Of a DNA stretch of 64,000 bases, positions 60,645 to 64,000 are shown piece after piece. The DNA comes from Gemmatimonadota bacterium (GTDB taxonomy: Bacteria > Gemmatimonadota > Gemmatimonadetes > Gemmatimonadales > GWC2-71-9). The number at the start of each line of letters is the position of its first letter. The stretch's first letter is position 1. Position numbers and translations under genes: made by a program. Where the stretch lies: positions 60,957 through 124,956 of the forward strand of contig JBDHKN010000016.1 in NCBI GenBank assembly GCA_039586365.1. The letters run 5' to 3'. The notes under the pieces are model-generated. The model did no database searches and had not been told where the DNA came from. It saw only the letters and a list, made by a program, of their open reading frames with translations.

Positions 60645-61025
60645 GCAGTCTGCTCCTTTCCGTGTGTGGAACGCCGGAAAAAGAGAAGTGCCGGAACGAA
60701 CTGGGTCCGTTCGCGGTCGCTGGAATATCCGTGTTTTGCGTGTGACCTACGGTGCGGCTTGGGGCAGTTGGCAACGATGAGCTACGTCACACTTGGACGC
60801 GCTGATTTCTTCGCCCTATCTTCGGAACTCGACTCCGAAGCGTCACCGTTAAGTTGAGTGTTTGTAAGGAGTTGCAGGCGGATGGCTCGGCGATATTGAC
60901 GCCGCTCCATGCGAGGTTGAGCGGGTCATCCCGGTGCAAGATCACCAGCCGGTTTGAATCGATGTCGGAGATCCTGGAATTTCAGGCTTATCAGCTCAAA
61001 GCAACGAGATCATGGTTAACCCGGC

Positions 61026-63464
61026 TCACGGTTCACTCACAGCCGCCATCCTCGGGTCCACCCGCGTTGCACGCCGAGCCGGGACGTAGTTCGCCAGAAG
61101 TGCGACGGATGTGAGGATGAAGATCACCACCGCGTAAGTTGCCGGGTCGGTGGTCCGGATCTCGTAGAGCATACTGGTCATGAGCCGTGACATGGCAACG
61201 GCTCCCAGCAAACCTAGTGCGGTTCCCGCCATGATTATCCGCATCCCACGCCCCAGCATCAGGCTCACTAGCTGATCGGGTCCCGCGCCAAGAGCCATGC
61301 GAACCCCAATCTCACGGGCCCGTTGTGCCACAGTGTACGCAGTGATGCCGTACGTACCCAGAGCGGCCAAGCCCAAGGCGGCGCTCGCAAACAGAGTGAG
61401 CAGAAACACATGGAGCCTGGGGCCTGACAACGCGGTATCCTCTAGCGCCTGCAGCAGCGGCACGATGAGGGGAACCGGTACGCTCGGATCCAGCGACCAT
61501 ATCGCTTTGCGCAGGGCACCTGCCATGCTCGCGGGGTCGCCACTCGTCCGCACGAGCAGGGTCATAGTCGGCAACGGTGCGAGGCCGTAGGGCAGGAATA
61601 CCGTGGGCACGGGATTCTCAGCATAGGTCACATCGCGAATGTCGCTGATCACGCCGACAACGTTCATCAGGGGACCATCTGGCGTGCTCCACGCAATTTG
61701 CTTGCTGACGGGGTCTCTCCCGAGCCATAGCAGTGAGGCCAACGACTCGTTTATTACGACCGAGGCGTCAGCGCCTCCAGCGTTCTGCGCGCGGGACGGG
61801 CCTGCGGTGTTGCTGTCGCCTTCGTAAAGGAACCGACCCGCCACCAGCCGGACGCCCAGTGCGTCAAAGAAGCCCGGCGTGACAGCGCGCCATTGAACGG
61901 CAACGAGATCGTTTTGTTCGACTACCTCGCCCGCGACACCGACGAAATCAGCCGCCCTCACGGCGCTCAAAGGGCTGACCGTGGAAGCCCCGGCAGCCGT
62001 AACTCCGGGAACCGCTTCGAGTTGCTGCAATATGTCGTGATAGAACATTGCGGTCTCCCGGGACAGTTCCGGATATGACTCTGCCGGCAGCGACAGCTCG
62101 GCGGCGAGAACGCCCTCCGCGTTGAAACCAGGGTCGACGTGGAGTAGACGTAGGAAACTGTTGGTGAGTAGGCCGGCTCCAACCAAGGGCACAACGGCGA
62201 GAGCTATCTGAGCCGTCACCAATGCGTCTCGAACGCCACGCGTCCGCACAGCCAAAATCTGACCTGACTGCTTGGCGATTTCGCTAAGCTCACCGCGCGA
62301 GGCTTCAAGAGCCGGTGCAATTCCACAGAGGAGTCCAGTGACTGCGGTCACGAGCACCGCGAAAGCGAGGACTGTAGGGTCTATGGTTACCTCGTTGAGG
62401 CGGGGTAGGGCGCTGGTCCCCAGGTTCTGTATGAAGGGAAGCGCCCATGCTACCAGCAGCAGTCCCAAGCATGCTCCGAGGCCGGATAGCACCAGACTCT
62501 CGACTATGAGTTGGCTCAGAATCCTCGAATTCGCAGCGCCCAGGCTAGCCCGGAGAGCGATTTCGGGTTTCCTGGTGGTTGCACGAGCCAGGAGTAGGTT
62601 GGAGACGCCGGCACTGCCGAGTAGCAGGAGCAGGCCGACGGAGCCCAGCAACACCAGTGCCACACGTTTGGCACTGGGGCCGATGAGCCACTCACGGAAC
62701 GTGACGACCGACACTCCCCAGCCGCTATTTGATTGAGGGTATTCGCTGCCCAACCGGGCTGCGATCCCATCCAACTCTGCCCGCGCCTGTTCGACGGTAA
62801 CGCCGGGCTTCAATCGCCCGAGGGCCTCCAATCGATGCTCAGCTCGCTGGGACGTCGGGTCAGGTGAAATGGGTATCAGGACGTCCGCGGCGAACGGGAA
62901 TCGTATGCCCGCAGGCATCACCCCTACTACCACACGGGATACCCCGTCAACCTTGACGGTACGACCTATCATCTCTGGATCGGATCCAAATTGCCGTTCC
63001 CAGATGGCATGGCTGATCAGAGCAAAAGGTGCAGCATTGCCCACTTCGAAGTCGGCCGGAGAGAAAGTCACACCCAGGTACGGAGCTGTTCCAAGCATGG
63101 CTAACAAGCCTGCGGTTGTGCCCGTCCCAGTTACGCGCTCCGGCTCGCCGTCTCCTACCAGGGTCATAGGGCGCAGCACAACGGCTACGAAATGACTGAA
63201 AGATCGGCTCGACTGATGTAAGTCCAGGAAGTTGGGCTCCGAGATGGAGAACAGCTGACCTTGAGGGGTCGTCTCCCGGACCCGCACGAGCTGTTGTGGT
63301 TGGGGAAACGGCAGTGGCCGCAAAACGACCGCGTTGAAGACGCTGAAGATCACGGTTGTGGCACCGATACCGAGACCCAGTGCACCTACCACCAGCAGAG
63401 AGAACTTCGGATCCCGCCTGACCTGGCGGACTGCAAAACGTATGTCCGAGAGAAGGGATGCCAT
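61026..63464 (-). CDS. ADOP-type duplicated ABC permease
   Basis: Starts MASLLSDIRFAVR...LGIGATT. EIALRASLGA, REIGVRMALGA, PARRATRVDP. Confidence 0.92.
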   Translation of the reverse strand: MASLLSDIRFAVRQVRRDPKFSLLVVGALGLGIGATTVIFSVFNAVVLRPLPFPQPQQLVRVRETTPQGQLFSISEPNFLDLHQSSRSFSHFVAVVLRPMTLVGDGEPERVTGTGTTAGLLAMLGTAPYLGVTFSPADFEVGNAAPFALISHAIWERQFGSDPEMIGRTVKVDGVSRVVVGVMPAGIRFPFAADVLIPISPDPTSQRAEHRLEALGRLKPGVTVEQARAELDGIAARLGSEYPQSNSGWGVSVVTFREWLIGPSAKRVALVLLGSVGLLLLLGSAGVSNLLLARATTRKPEIALRASLGAANSRILSQLIVESLVLSGLGACLGLLLVAWALPFIQNLGTSALPRLNEVTIDPTVLAFAVLVTAVTGLLCGIAPALEASRGELSEIAKQSGQILAVRTRGVRDALVTAQIALAVVPLVGAGLLTNSFLRLLHVDPGFNAEGVLAAELSLPAESYPELSRETAMFYHDILQQLEAVPGVTAAGASTVSPLSAVRAADFVGVAGEVVEQNDLVAVQWRAVTPGFFDALGVRLVAGRFLYEGDSNTAGPSRAQNAGGADASVVINESLASLLWLGRDPVSKQIAWSTPDGPLMNVVGVISDIRDVTYAENPVPTVFLPYGLAPLPTMTLLVRTSGDPASMAGALRKAIWSLDPSVPVPLIVPLLQALEDTALSGPRLHVFLLTLFASAALGLAALGTYGITAYTVAQRAREIGVRMALGAGPDQLVSLMLGRGMRIIMAGTALGLLGAVAMSRLMTSMLYEIRTTDPATYAVVIFILTSVALLANYVPARRATRVDPRMAAVSEP

Positions 63465-63871
63465 TGGGATTCCGCTGCTGCTTGGCTCCAGGTTGTGGAA
63501 CAGGATGACTACCGTCTGTCGGCAAGGCGTATGCCGCACGAGATTGCGCGGGGACCCTCCGCTATGCGGCGAACTTGGATAGTGCACTCCGAAGCGGATG
63601 GACAAACGAGTGTGCGTGCGTGGGACACTGATTCCCGAGATCGGACAAGCAGAAGACGACAGGCTTGGCTGTTCGCTCCCGGGATCTCCAATCCCGGAGG
63701 CGAACAAGTTACTCTTGGGGTTGAACTGTTCCGATGGTCCCAAGCGTTTGTCTTCACTTAACTTAGGCTGTTCGACCGGCAGGCATGGCGATTGCCTATA
63801 GTCGGTGTGGGTACTACCAGTTGGTGACCAGAGCCGGAAGGCTCGGAGAACGGTTAAGGAGATTCGTCCAG

Positions 63872-64000
63872 TTGGATATAGCGAGAGAGCCACCTCCGAA
63901 GAGGAAGAAGTATTTACCGGCTGGGATAGCGGCACTGGCGATAGTGTTGACGACGGTTGGGTTGTCGCGTCTGAAGCCGGCGGCACCGGGTGTGGACCGA
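63872..64000 (+). CDS. N-terminus of an efflux periplasmic adaptor (HlyD/MFP family), truncated by the window edge
   Basis: RBS AAGGAG and TTG start: MDIAREPPPKRKKYLPAGIAALAIVLTTVGLSRLKPAAPGVDR. This N-terminus is recognised from memory of MFPs. Confidence 0.7.
   Translation, partial: MDIAREPPPKRKKYLPAGIAALAIVLTTVGLSRLKPAAPGVDR

Noticed and set aside
641..63801. Numerous 60-300 aa ORFs antisense or off-frame to called genes
   Set aside because: Shadow ORFs typical of high-GC DNA, Arg/Ser/Pro-rich and without motifs.
63465..63986. N-terminal extension of the 986-aa ADOP ORF
   Set aside because: Ser/Pro-rich, non-homologous-looking sequence that overlaps a better + strand gene at 63872.
1..64000. 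CRISPR arrays, tRNA/rRNA, transposases, integrases, phage or defence genes
   Set aside because: No periodic repeat-spacer pattern or recognisable motifs were seen. Detection by eye is limited.

Overview
Chromosomal window of a high-GC bacterium, most likely Gemmatimonadota. This is inferred from the gene content: Hanks-type Ser/Thr kinases, a PadR/ADOP permease pair, 6-bladed propellers and many secreted peptidases. About 50 CDS were called, and I found no rRNA, tRNA, CRISPR array or intact mobile element. Content includes an OmpR-type two-component system with candidate operator repeats, many exported peptidases (S10, M14, S9, M20, S12, M28, a zincin) and a GH2-GalM sugar module. A compositionally distinct block at 12.2-17.2 kb encodes a cytidylate-kinase-like/BON/USP/TM fusion, a TauE transporter, a receiver with an FAEAGE motif and a HAMP kinase. 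Also present are a Rho paralog lacking its N-terminal bundle, two lipoprotein serpins flanking an M28 peptidase (one with a deletion and frameshift), a csp-rpsU operon and a coupled zincin + ATP-grasp ligase pair. The right end holds a desaturase with a terminator in its leader, a TonB receptor followed by a tandem His-motif protein, and a coupled membrane protein + vWA lipoprotein pair. The best candidates for undescribed systems are the TauE-associated signalling block, the serpin-peptidase-serpin cassette, the zincin/ATP-grasp pair and the short Rho. All family calls come from motif recognition by eye, not from database searches.
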